From the human T2T-CHM13v2.0 reference genome, Homo sapiens: 64,000 bases of DNA. The position numbers and the translations under genes were made by a program. The notes under the pieces are model-generated. The model was not told where the DNA came from. It saw nothing but the letters and a program-made list of their open reading frames with translations, and made no database searches. Numbering within the stretch: position 1 is the first letter of the stretch; the number at the start of each line of letters is the position of its first letter. This document shows, piece by piece, positions 1 through 12,500 of this stretch. The stretch lies in the NCBI RefSeq assembly GCF_009914755.1, contig NC_060928.1, one strand, 5' to 3'.

Positions 1-29
1 AGTTGATAATCTATTTATTTGTTCATTTT

Positions 30-165
30 ATTGACTCATTCATTTATGAATTTCCTCACAAAATCTTTTTTGAGTACCTATAATGTACCAGGAATATGGT
101 GAATGGTAGGAAACCATGATTAAGAAGACACGATGCCCCTTTGGGAGACATGAAATTCACACAAT
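30..165 (-). mobile_element. L2 LINE 3' end fragment
   Basis: CATTCATTTATG...TTTTTTGAGTACCTATAATGTACCAGG...AAGAAGACACGATGCCC resembles the reverse-complemented L2 tail (cattcattcaacaaatatttattgagcacctactatgtgccagg). Highly diverged. Confidence 0.55.
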
Positions 166-212
166 ATCCCTTCGGTGTAGCAATGGAAAGGGTAGAAGTA
201 TGTTTTGAAGCA

Positions 213-456
213 AAAGAGGAGGAGAGAAGAGAAGACAAAGAAGAGAAGAGAAGAGAAAAGGAGAGGAGAGGAGAAGGGAAGAGAAGAGAAGAGGAGAGGA
301 GAGGAGAGGAGAGGCAGGGAGGAGAAGACAAAAAGAGAAGAGAAGAGAAAAGGAGAGGAGAGGAGAAGGGAAGAGAAGAGAAGAGGAGAGGAGAGGAGAG
401 GAGAGGCAGGGAGGAGAAGAGAAGAGAAGAAAAGAGAAGAGAAGAGAAGAGAAGAG
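213..456. repeat. Polypurine (GAGAA/GAGGA)n tract with ~92-bp higher-order duplication
   Basis: Almost pure A/G on the + strand. Rare C-containing landmarks recur at fixed spacing: GAAGACAAA at 231 and 324, GCAGGGAGGAGAAGA at 314 and 406. Confidence 0.95.
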
Positions 457-1409
457 GTGACTCACTATGTCTCTGAGAGGAAAAGGAGAACAAGAATCTT
501 ACTCCCAAGAAATTGAGGATCAAGCTGAGTCTTTTCAAATAGTAAACAAAAGACTAGGAAAGGGGTAACAAAATGTCCACTGGGGAAAATATATCAGATA
601 GATACGAGAAAAGAGGTTTAGTTTATGGCATTATTGGTGGAGGGAACTACCATGACAAAGGCTTTTCAGTCAATAATGGGTTTGTCTACAACTGTTGTTG
701 AGGAAATAGAAAATAAAGCTTCTTTATGGAAATAATAATACATAATGAATATATCGTTGCTAGCTAAATCAGCCATGGTGAAAGAACTTTTGGTATGTCT
801 AAGTGAACACTTTCAACCTAGAGTTGAAATACAATGACTGAATCATGGAAGAGGGGTCAGGAATGTAGATTTAAATGTGCAAGAAGAAACATAAGAAAGA
901 CTTTTCTTTATGCTTAAAATTAAATATTTTTAAATTATTTTATTCATCCCAATGTCATAAGCACTGGAATTCAGCAAAACTTCTAACTAGACTTGGCAAT
1001 TAGGTAAATGATTTGTGTCTCCATTATTATTATTATATTTTGGTTTACTTCTTTTAACTCATAGGAAAAAATGAGGTAATTTAACTTTTTTTCCTAATTC
1101 TATTGTTTAAACTATATTACAGTTCAAATTATATCTTCCTTTATATTATACCTTTATAACCCTTAAAATCAGTATTTCAGACTGCCATATGATCTGAAGT
1201 AGCAAACAGGGAGACATCTTTTGCCAGATATTTGTTGTTTACATAAATATTTTTAAATTCTTCTTTTTCCTTTTCCAGAAATCCCTTTCACATTGAATGA
1301 AATTATGATTTTATAAAATTAGGAATAAAATACTAAAAGACCTCTCTTACAGATGTTTATACTGAAATAAAACGTAGGCAGTTTCTAGTTAAAATTCATC
1401 ATATTATAA

Positions 1410-1500
1410 TTGTCCAGAGAACATTCTATAGGTTAGAGCTGTTTAAAGGTTGAATTGGACTTCTTCAGGAGGTAATGAGTTACTCATCAGGGAGAAACAG
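1410..1500 (+). mobile_element. L3/CR1 or MIR3 3' fragment
   Basis: GAACATTCTATAGGTTAGAGCTGTTTAAAGGTTGAATTGGACTTCTTCAGGAGGTAATGAGTTACTCATCA resembles the CR1/L3 tail (aactttctaacaatcagagctgt...gggaggtagtgagttccccatca). Confidence 0.5.
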
Positions 1501-2324
1501 AATGAATTTAAAACATATGGTGACATTTATGAGCGTAGAGCTCTAAGTGAAATTATTGTTCAACATTACTCATGTGATTTGGACCTAAGTCTTTTTTAAC
1601 TACCTGAACTCTGTCTTTTATATCTCAAATATTTAATATTCATCAAAGTAACGATGTGATTTTTCATTAAGTAATGTTTAGCAAGCAAAAGTAAATACTC
1701 TCCTCCAAGTAAACAAACTAATAATATTCCTTCTTCAAGAATTATATGAAATTAAAAAAAACACAATTGTTAACTTACCATTCTATTTTTCTTTGTGCCA
1801 GAAACTTTTGGGTCTGGAAATCAAAGTTCTTTTAATTAAAATACTCCATCCAAACCTAGATTATACTGAGTGACTTCAGTTACTCTTTCAGAACTTGATA
1901 CTTTGGAGTGAGCAGAAATTCTTGAAACTGAGTGTTTAGGCATGTCCTTGGGCTGATTTAAACCTCTTGGGGTTAATGAAATAGAAACAAATTTGCCTTG
2001 GGACTGCTAAAGGTGTCTCCTCCAGCTGTTTTTTATTGGTCAACTGCTATCCTGAGAACAGAGTGACTTATGGAACAGATGCTTAGAAATTTTTTGTTTA
2101 CTCCAGTGTAATAAGCAATGCAGCATTGAAGCATGCTAGGTCAGTAGATGACTATGGGAGTAGTCTTGGAACATAATTTTAAAAATGTATTTATAGTAAC
2201 TTTTTCTATTTATTCAGTCAATATATATTTATATATACTCTTTCAGGACCTAGGAAAATAGTGGTGAAACATTTAATTCTTAAAAAAAACCCAAAAACAT
2301 AGACACAAATATGATTTTTTGAGG

Positions 2325-2585
2325 GAATTGAAATTCTTTATGGTACTATAATGATAGATACATGTCATTATACATTCAGACCCATAGAATGGATAACACC
2401 AAGAGTGAACCCTAATGTAAACTATGGACTTTAGGTTATTATGATGTGTCCATGTAGGTTCAACATTTGTAACAAACGTACCACTATAGAGGGGAATGTT
2501 AATAATGGAGGAGGCTATGTATGTAAAGGAATCTTCTCCTCAATTTTCCTATAAATCTACAGCTGCTCTAAATATAATCCAAAAC
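2325..2585 (+). mobile_element. L1MC1/L1MC2-like 3' UTR fragment
   Basis: ACACCAAGAGTGAACCCTAATGTAAACTATGGACTTTAGG...TGTAACAAACGTACCACT...AATAATGGAGGAGGCTATG is the characteristic L1MC-type 3' end. Confidence 0.8.
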
Positions 2586-2595
2586 AATTAATGGT

Positions 2596-3065
2596 TGCCA
2601 GGTCCAACCCACAGACCCTGGCCGAATGACAGATGAAGGAATGCACTCAGACACAGGTATCCAGTGAAAGAGCGGGCTAGGGGCCCGGGCTGCTTACAGA
2701 TCCTAAGGATGGTGCTGTAAAGAATCAGCAGCCATGGCCCTAATGAGCTGGCGCTGTGAGCATTTATTTAGAACAGATTTAATGACAAAGTCAACACACT
2801 TGTGGGTTACCCACCCCCCACACCCCCCACCCCGCCACCCTGGAGAGATCAGTCCTCTGTGCGGATGATTAAAGGCCAGGTTCCGAGGCCTAAGTAAACT
2901 AACTTATCCAGATTAGTTTCTTTACATCCGTTTGTTATCTAACCTAAGCTTTCAGGCACCAGATAAGATAATCTGACTGCCTTCAACCAAATCCTTTTCC
3001 AAAGCTTTCCAAGAAGATTTGCATCTTTCTACAATTTTTCCCACCACCCTCACCAAACACCTACA
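2596..3065 (-). mobile_element. Solo LTR22 (HERV-K22/HML-5 betaretrovirus)
   Basis: TG...CA termini, 470 bp, perfect 6-bp TSD AATGGT (2590-2595 and 3066-3071). The minus strand starts TGTAGGTGTTTGGTGAGGGTGGTGGGAAAAATTGTAGAAAGATGCAAA and contains GATAAGTTAGTTTACTTAGGCCTCGGAACCTGGCCTTTAATCATCCGC, as I recall for LTR22. AATAAA on the minus strand at 2763-2768. Confidence 0.88.
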
Positions 3066-3099
3066 AATGGTAAGTCTTCTGAATTATGTAAAATACGGC

Positions 3100-3960
3100 A
3101 ATATGACAGAGAATATTTGAAGTCTGTTCTAGGTAGATTATCAGAAAAAGATTTCTTGATATTTGAGTTGAGAGGAAAACAATGAGAAAAATGTACATGT
3201 GCAAAGACATGGGAAGATGTGTGGAAGCTTTCCAAGAAATAGAAATAGAAATTGCAAAGGCTATCACATAAAAATGTGCTTGGTCATTTTTAAAGACAGA
3301 AAAAGGCCCATTGAGCCATACTTTAGAGAGGATGAGGAGTAGTTAGTGAAAGACCTTCTATGACATGATGACTTCAATTTTATTCACAATTGCTATGAAA
3401 CCATTGGATTTTAAATATTTGAACAGTGAACATAGGATTTATTTTATTTTGTGAAGTTGAATCGTGTAGGGCAGGAGTGGAGTCAAGTTGTTCAGTATAG
3501 AGACTTGCAGTAAAGAGTTCAGGTGAGAGCTAATGGTAACTTGGATAGGGTTGTAACACTGAAGAGAATAAGAGCTCTGAATCAGAATATATTTTGGACA
3601 CTGAGCCAGCAGAACTTACACAGTGGATAAGAAATGTAAAGGAAAAGAATGAAATAAAGTTACTCTTAGATTTTTGGCTTTATCAAGTGAAGCCAATCTG
3701 AGGGTAAAGTAGTCATGTGTGTGGTGGCTGGGGAACCAACAACTGAAATCTTGAGATGCTTGTAGACATCTCAATAGTATACATTGACTATTAGCTTTAC
3801 TACTCTGGAACTCAGGAAATAGAGAGTGACTAGGAATAAGTCAGGCTCTTACGACATTGCAGAGAACATTGTGCTCAGGGAAAGAAAGAGCAGTCAGTTA
3901 TTTCAAATGCAGTTGATAAGTAAGAGGGGGAAATTGCCCATTTATTTGACAAGATATATT
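3100..3960 (-). mobile_element. L2 LINE fragment(s)
   Basis: Purine-rich diverged sequence with L2-like motifs (TTTCCAAGAAATAGAAATAGAAATTGCAAAGGC; TTCAGGTGAGAGCTAATGGTAACTTGGATAGGGTTGTAAC; TTGAGATGCTTGTAGACATC). Boundaries approximate. Confidence 0.6.
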
Positions 3961-4624
3961 TATTGTTGGTTAGTCATTGACTTTAATCAGTAACTCAACT
4001 ACACTAATTAAATATTTTGGACTGATAAATCTTACCTTAACTCCTTTATGATTGTCAATAATGCAGTAATAGTAATATAATCAGTAGAATTATTTTAAAA
4101 ATTAACCCTTTCTGAAGTAGCACAAACATTCTGAGAAAAGGATGGCTAAAAAGGATAGGTGTTTCCACAATCATAGAAACCAGTCTGTCTCTTGTAATCA
4201 TCTATATATTATTGTCCAAAGCCAGGAATCCCACACATGTACAATTAACTGGGAAGCCACTTCATGAATATTCAGTTTGATGTATACGAGTAAACTTTTG
4301 GAAGTTGAAACAAGGCAGCAACTAGCTCTTACACAAGTCATTTTACAATCTAAAGAAGGAAGATTCTGTGGTTGTTAGGCATTTGACTTTTTTTCTGTAT
4401 TTATGTTTTATTATTTATTATTTCTGATATTGATTGCGAACTGAAAAAGATTAAATTTAATTTCTTACTTATGGGAACATAAACGTGGGAGAGTAGAATC
4501 AAATTATCCTATTCTGAATATCAATCAATACACCATCTGAAAGAGAATAAACCTCATTATACAAACATAGGTAATTATAACCTGAAAAGACACGGTGACT
4601 ATCTAATTCTATGATAAATTATAA

Positions 4625-4944
<320 letters not shown>

Positions 4945-6784
4945 GAGGTTAACTTCTTTTGGTACATTTTGATCAAATATTCTCACAGTTAATTACCAAA
5001 TGTAAGGAATCCTGGAGACATCTACAGAAATGCAATACAAATTGATATACTGGCCTTTTGTTAAAAATGGTTAATTTAGTTGATCTTTTTCGCTGCTGAA
5101 TTCTGCTTTCTATGATAGACCTTCAGTTTCCTTAAGGATGCCATAATGATTTTTGTCCCATAGCTCCTGCTGTTATAAAGTAAATTTGGGGATCAGATAG
5201 AATTTGTACCACATCTATTTTTTTTTTTTTGTACGTGGGTGAGAGTTCAGGCTGAAAGAGAAAGTGAAAGATGGGTGACCAGAAATTCTTGCTCTAATTT
5301 TGACCTTTTTTGTAATCCCTAGTAAGTCACCTAACCTCACTAGAAGTCACTGTCTGAAGTAGTGAAGACAAGAAAGAAAGGTACAGGCTTTCTATCTTTC
5401 AGAGACAGGGGGCAAAATAATAATTGAGGTTTTTGAATGAAAACAGAGAGAGGCTGTTTCTTTACAAGTAAAGAAAGAAAATATCTGTGAGTCTGGAATA
5501 TTAATATGCCTATGGAAATACAAACCTTTGTTTTTTTCTCAAAACAGGTATAGCTTTATCTTACTTCAGTTAATGTAAAAAGCGCAAAGTTCCTATGAAA
5601 GCATAAGAAAAATCAACTTCAATGTGAATGTTAGAAATAAACTTCAGAGTCTGTTTTGTTGCACAATGTCCTTTATACAATTTCTACCTGAAATTAGCAT
5701 TTGATTTAGATAATGAGTTGTTTTATTTGCTTTAAGAACATGGGCAAAAATTTCATTGACTTGGCTTCCCTTTGAGGTCTGCCAGGAGCCCCAGACACAT
5801 TTTTGGATAAGAATACGCATATACTCAATTTGAGATTTGATAAAGTATTTTTCAAATGATAAAGTTCATACATATGTGAGTTACTTACTATTATTGCATC
5901 CACTTATATCCTGAATTCATCTTCGGCAGAATTCGTTTTAGACTAATTTGAAAGGAAGATAATATTTGCTTATTGGTCAACCATTCTCTGCTGTGCATTT
6001 TTTTACCTTAAAAAATCCAAAATATGTAAAGATGTCTTTATATTTCTTAATCTTACACATTACCATTATTTGATTTTCTTGCTTTTGTAGGCAATCTCCC
6101 ATGATATGGACATTGAATTTCTCCCACTTCATCATATTTACCTGATTGCTGGCTCATTTACTCATAGACTTTTAAGTGGTTAATTCATCCATTTCTCTGG
6201 TTACAAACTACTGGTTATCTACAAAGAACAAGGCTCTGGCTCTAACATAGGCAAAAACAAAATATAGTTTCTCCTCGCAAAGAATGTATCGTATAAGGTA
6301 GCAAATAAGAAAGTATGTAGGAAACCTTTACTGTAAGTCATCTTAGAGGTATTTTATGACTTTAATTCAGATGTGTTAGATCACAAAGTAATCCATAGGA
6401 ATTTGTGGATTATTGATGTACGATATATGATTTGGTGGGATATGACTGTGAATGCATTTTGAAAATATTAAGGCCTTTATAAAGTGGTAATAATACTAAT
6501 CATATATAAAGTTTTAGTGCACAGGCCTATTAGGTCCAGATTGTCAAAAATTTTGATATGTGACAAATAAATGCGATTAAGTTGACTCATTTTTATTCTT
6601 TTCTTATTCTTGTCACTTAAAAAATCCTCACAACAATGCTATTACTTTTCGCAGAAGCAGAAAACTTAAATCCCTTAATTTATGCTTTGGGTCCAGTTAC
6701 AGAACTGAAATAGAATTCTTGCAGGGATAGTAGATAAAACTATTATTTTTCCTCAATATTTGTTTTTTAAAAACTTAATTTTGT

Positions 6785-9490
6785 TTTTCCAAGATGATAG
6801 ATAAAAGGCTTTGAGTGTGCCTGAGTCACCTGGAAATAGCAAGATACTGCAGAAAGATCAACCTGTGAGCTTTATTTCAAGAGGGAAAATGGGAATCCAC
6901 CAGAATCATTACGGACATCCCTGATCCTAGGGTGGAGCATGTGGGCAAACAGCTTCCTTGATTGTGTCTGGCTGATAAAACTGAGTGAAGGACTCATATG
7001 TAAGAGAAGCAGAGAGCCTCTCTCTGTGATTTACCTTTCCACTTGGGATCTGAGAAATCCAGGTTGAGGAAGAACATTTTATTTCTCCCAAGCCCTGGCA
7101 CTAACTTGGGGAGAGGCCTAGGGATACTGAGACGTAAAGACAAAGAGGGAAAAGCTGCAGGCATTTTCCAAGACCAGAGACCAAGAGCAGGACACCATTT
7201 GCAATTCAGGTGCATGCAAAGTCAGTCATTCTTTGATGACCTGACAGCATGGCATGCAGGCATTTCAGGCTTGGGCCAGAGATTGGATCACTTGTTCTGG
7301 AGCAGGATAGGGGCCTTCTTGGCCAGAACGGTGGAAGGCACCTCAGCAGTAAGTGCTGAAATTGTGCTTTTCCCCATTGCAGAACCGAGGCTGGAGGGGA
7401 GCTGCTGCAGCTGCAGTTTCTCCTTAGTGGTGAGATGTGCATCCAAGGCCAGCTGGGCAACCTAAAAGCTGTCTGTATGTGTCATTGCTGGGTGTCCCAA
7501 TCTACTCCCTTGAGATCATGGTACAGCAGGGCCCTGTTGGCTCCATGCCCAGTTCAATCTACAGGCATTCAGAGAATCCCCTCACCTGGAAGAGCCTGAT
7601 CTTCCCCAACCTTCCTGTGCATAGATCATGGTAGACTGCAGCCCTTATGACTACAAGACAAGCAGATCTTGAGCCATTCAGAGCACCTGCTTGGATGAAC
7701 TAGAGGCCTGAGTCACTTTGCCCTTCCTGTGCAGACATCCTGATACAAGCAGGTCTCTTCCATTTCATGCCCAGGCAGATCTCCAGGAACCCACTCATCT
7801 GGTTCAGCAGCCTGAGCTGTCCCATCCTTCCAGGGCATAGATTGTGGTGCAGTGGTACCCTCCCTGCTCCACAACCAAGCATATCACCAGGCATTTGGAG
7901 AACCTGCTTGCCTAGACCAGCACCCTAAGCTACCCCACCCTTCCTATGCAGAGATTACAGCACAGTTGGGCCTTCATCACTCAATGCTCAGGCAGATATC
8001 CAAGCAGTCTGAGTACACATTCTCCTGAATCAAGAGCCTGCGCTGACCCACCCTTCCTGTGCAGAAGTCATAGTGGAGCAGGACCTTCTCCAATCTGCAG
8101 CCAGGCAGATCTCCAGGAATCTGGAGCGCACACTATCCTGAATTAGGAGTTTAGGCTGCTCCACCTCCCCATGAAGAGAACTTGGGGTCAAAGAGGTTTC
8201 CCAGATCCATGCATAGGCATACTGCTGGGTGCTTGGTGGCCACCCACTGGATATTCCCTTGGTACTTGTGCATGTGCCTGCCATAAGAGGAACTGTAGGC
8301 ATCCATACCCATGTCCAGCTCTGTCTATCTTGCCTCTTACTCCCCTAGGGCTAAGTAGGGAGCTTAGACCACTGTGCACTTGGTGGATCAGTCCATTGTC
8401 TGAGGCAATGAGAGCTTTTCCCAGTAAACAAGAATCAAGTATATATCTAATCATGTTGGCTGCAGCTGGATCTTACCCATAAGGGCCATCTACCTGTTTA
8501 TAGATTGAATCAGACAGTCCAATGTGAAACCTGCTGACAGAAGTGCATAAGGCTAGAGAAGCCAAGTCCAAAGACTCTAACCATTATTCTCTACAGTCAA
8601 ACCCCCTAGGGAGGGAGGAACATAGAAAGGGAAAGAAATATAATAATAATAAGATTATTATTACAGGGAAAGAAAGAAAAAGAAAAAAATTCTCCCATAT
8701 GAAATATAACAAGAATTAGAAGTGCCAGAGTCTCCAGATGAGAAGGAACCAGCGGTATTTCAGCACCTTGAAAAATCTGAAAGTAGTGGCAAACCAAATA
8801 ATCACACTCTCCAGTAATGGTCCGTAATAAAAATGTAAACTCAGAAATGACAGATAAAGGATTCAAAGTATGGAGAAAGAAAGGTCAGTGAAATCCAGGA
8901 CAAGGATGAAAATAAACACAAAGAAACTTCTAAAGCAATTCAGGAAATGAAGGAAGAGATAAACATCTTAAAAAGAAATCAATCACGCCTTCAGCATTGA
9001 AAACATTTACTTAATGAATTTCAAAATACAATTGAAAAAGTTATCAGTAGACTTGACTGAGCTGAAGGAAGAATTTTAGAGCTTGAATATTGCTCTTTCA
9101 AACTAACAAAGTCAGACAAAAATAAAGAGAAAAGAATGAAGAAAGTCTTCAAAATACGGGATTTTATAAAGTGACCAAACATGAATTATTGGCATTCCTG
9201 AGACAGAATGTGAAAAAGTAAACAACCTAAAAAAAATATTTGAGAGAATAATTTAAGAAAATTATCCTAATCTTGCAAGAAATGTAGATATCCAGATACA
9301 AGAAATCCAGAGAATACTTGCATGTTACTATGTAAAACAAATATCACCAACGTCACCAGACTATCCAAGGTCAAAGCTAAAGAAAAAAATCTTAATTGTA
9401 CTCCAAACCTCAACATCACACTATGTACCCATGTCACAAAGCTGCACATATACCCCTTGAATATAAAATTTAAGTTGATATTATTTTAAA
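6785..9490 (+). mobile_element. Old primate L1 (L1PA16/17 or L1PB4-like): 5' UTR plus partial ORF1 fused directly to the terminal 3' UTR
   Basis: Starts CCAAGATG. GC-richer 5' UTR with ~113-bp monomers. ORF1 remnant from ~8738 (ATGAGAAGGAACCAG...CAGAAATGACAGATAAAGGATTCAAAG). At ~9395 it switches to TGTACTCCAAACCTCAACATCACAC...CTGCACATATACCCCTTGAATATAAAATT, the L1 3' terminus. Confidence 0.85.
7510..8220 (+). repeat. Diverged ~113-bp tandem monomers in the L1 5' UTR (~6 copies)
   Basis: Anchor CTTCCTGTGC and variants at 7611, 7723, 7827, 7940, 8053 and 8165; CAGGCAGATCTCCAGG also recurs. Confidence 0.85.
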
Positions 9491-9504
9491 GAATGAATTT
9501 GATT

Positions 9505-12500
9505 TAATTTTTTTTAAATTTGTATATATTCATGGGGTACAATAGCAAATTTGCTACATTGTTAAATTGCTCTGTTGTAAAGTCAAGACCTCTAGTATAT
9601 CCATTACAGGAGCAAGGCATATTGTAGTCACCAAGTAACCTCCCATCGTTCACACCACACCCACTCCTCCACACTTCAGAGTTCCCATTATCCATCATTT
9701 CAAACTCAGCTTCCATGTGTACACGTTATTTGGCTTTCACTTATGAGTCAGATCATGCAGTATTTGCTTTTCTGTGACCAAGTTGTTTCACTTAAGACAA
9801 TGGCCTCCAGTTCAGCCAGGTTTTGCAAAAGATATGATTTGATTCTTTTTATGGCTAAATAGTCTTATGGCTAAATTCTTCCTATGGCTATAAACATGTA
9901 TACATACCACATTTTTTTTAAATCCAGTCCTCCATTGATGGTCAGTTAGGTTGATTCCATGTTTTTGCTATTGTGAATAATGCTACAATAAACATGATGA
10001 GGGATCTTGATATAATGATTTATTTTCCTTTAGGTAGATACTCATTACTAGGATTGCTGGATCATACAGTAATTCTATTTTTACTTGTTTGCAAAATCTT
10101 CATACTGTATTCCAGGATGTTTCACTAATTTACCTTCCCTTTCATAGTGTATAAGTGTTTCTTTTTATCCATACCCTCTCCAACCTGTATTTTTTGTCTT
10201 TTTTAATAATAGCGATTTGATTGGTGATGATGCTGTCTCATTGTGGTTTTAATTTACATTTCTCTGATGATTAGTGATGTTCAACATTTTTTTCATATAC
10301 TTTTCAGTCAGTTGTTTGTATTCTTTTGGAAAATGTTCATTTATGTTAACACACTTTTTAATAAAATGATTTGGGGGTTTTTGTTGTTTGATTTTTTAAA
10401 TATAAATTCTGGATATTAGTCCCCTTTCAGATGCATAGTGTGGAAATACTTTCTCTCATTTCAAAGGTTGACTGTTCACTCTGGTGATTATTTCTTTTGC
10501 TGTGCAGACGCTTTTTAGTTTAAGTTCTATTTATCTATTATTGTTTCATGTGCTTTTGACGTCTTAGCCATAAATTCTTTGCCAAGACCAATGTCTAAAA
10601 CAGGTTTCCTAGGTTACCTTCTAGTATTTTTATAATTTTAGGTCTTACATTCAAATCTTTAATCACCCTTGAGTTGTTTTTGTATATGATGAGAGATACA
10701 TGTCCAGTTTCATTCCTCTGCATATGGCAATCCAATGTTCCCAGCACCATTTATTGAAAAGTGTGTCTTTCCTTAGTGTATGTTCTTCACACTTTTCTCA
10801 AAGATCAGTAGGCTGAAAGTATGTGGTCTTATTTCCAGTTTCTCTATTCTTCTGCATTAATCCATGTGTCTATTTTTATAAAAGTATCATGTTGTTTTGG
10901 ATATTATAGCCTTGTAGTATAATTTGAAGTCAGACAATGTGAAGTCTCCAGCTTTCTTCTTTTTGCTTAGGATTTCTTTGGGTATTCAGGCTCTTTTTTG
11001 GTTTTAAATGAACTTGAAAATTATTTTTTCTAAGATGTGAAAAATGAGGTTGGTATTTTGATAGTGATTGCATTAAACTTGTAAACTGCTTTGGGCCGTA
11101 TTTTCATTTTAATGATATTAATTATTCTGATCTATAGGCATAGGAGCTTTTTCCATTTGTTTTTGTCATCTACAATTTCTTTCTTGAGTATTGTTTAGTT
11201 TTCCTTGTAGATATTTGTCTTTTCCTAGGCTAAGTATCTAAGTATTTTATATTTTTCGTAACTATTGTAAATGGGATTACTTTCTTTATTTGGTCTTTGG
11301 TTAAATAATTCTTGGTGTAGAGAAATGCTACTGATTTCTGTACATTAGTTTTGCATCTATCCTGAAACTTTACAACATGTATTTATCAAATCTGAAGGTT
11401 TGTTGGTAGAGTTTTTAGAGCTTTCTAGATATAAAGTCATATCATCTATGAATGAAATAATTTGACATCCTTTTTTTTCAATTTAGATTCCTTTTATTTT
11501 TCCTCTCTTGCCTATTTGCTGCAGCAAGGACTTCCAGTATTATGTTAAAGAGTGGCAAAGTGGACACCCTGGTTTCATTCCAGCTCTTAGAGGAAATGCT
11601 TTCAAGCATTCCCAATCAAGTATGATGTTGGTTGTGGATTTCTGTATATAGCCTTTATTATGTTAAGGTATGTTCCTTCAATGGCTAGTTTGTTGAGAAT
11701 TCTTTATCAGGAAGAGGTGCTGAATTTTATTGAACACTTTTTCTGTATCTATTGAGATAATCATATGGATTTTGTCCTCAATTCTGATTATGTCATGTAT
11801 CACAGTTATTGATTTGTGTATGTTGAACCACCCTTGCATCTCTTGGATAGATCCCACTTGATCATGGTGTATTATCTTGTTGATGTACTGTTGGATTTGA
11901 TTTGCTAGTATTTCATTTAGTATTTTTTTCATCTATGTTAAACTGGGATACTGGTCTGTAGTTTTCTTTTTTGTTGCTGTTTCCATGTCAGGTTTTGGTG
12001 TCAGGGTGATACTTGCCTGGTAGAAAGAGTAGAGAGAGTTCCTTCCTCCGAATTTTTTTTTTTTTGGAATAATTTCAGAAGAATTGGTGTTAGCCCTTCT
12101 TTGTATTTTGGTAGAAATTGGATGTGAATCCATCTAGCCCTGAGACTTTTTTCCTTGGGAGATATTTTCATTATTGATTCAATTATACTTCTCATTATTG
12201 GTCTATTCAGGAGTTTGATTTCTTCCTGATTCAATCTCAGGAGGTTTTATTTTTCTAGAAATTTGTTCATTTCCTCTAAGTTTTCTAGTTGTTAGCACAT
12301 AGTTCATAATAGTTTCTGATTTTTTTTGTATCAGTGGTATCAGTTGTAATACCACTTTTCCATTTCTGATTTTGCTTATTTTGATCGTCTCTCTTCTTTT
12401 CTTGCTCAATCTAGTTAGTGGTTTATAAATTTTGTTTATCTTTTCAAAGAATCAACATTTAGTTTCATTTTTTTTTGTATTTTTTTGGGGGGGAAGGGTG

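Noticed and set aside
56-538. Four overlapping ORFs of 100-160 aa (E/R/K-rich or L/S-rich)
   Set aside because: They are translations of the GA-pentamer tract, which lacks stop codons by composition.
7510-8220. Regularly spaced repeats as a CRISPR-like array
   Set aside because: Whole units are homologous (no unique spacers), the DNA is mammalian, and there are no cas genes.
6994-8482. Cluster of ORFs up to 140 aa in GC-richer sequence
   Set aside because: They lie in an L1 5' UTR with tandem monomers; no recognisable domain or splice structure.
11678-12409. Reverse-transcriptase-like peptides as a novel RT system
   Set aside because: Ordinary frameshifted L1 ORF2 remnants within a degenerate LINE; the same applies to 46746-47971 and 59980-60391.
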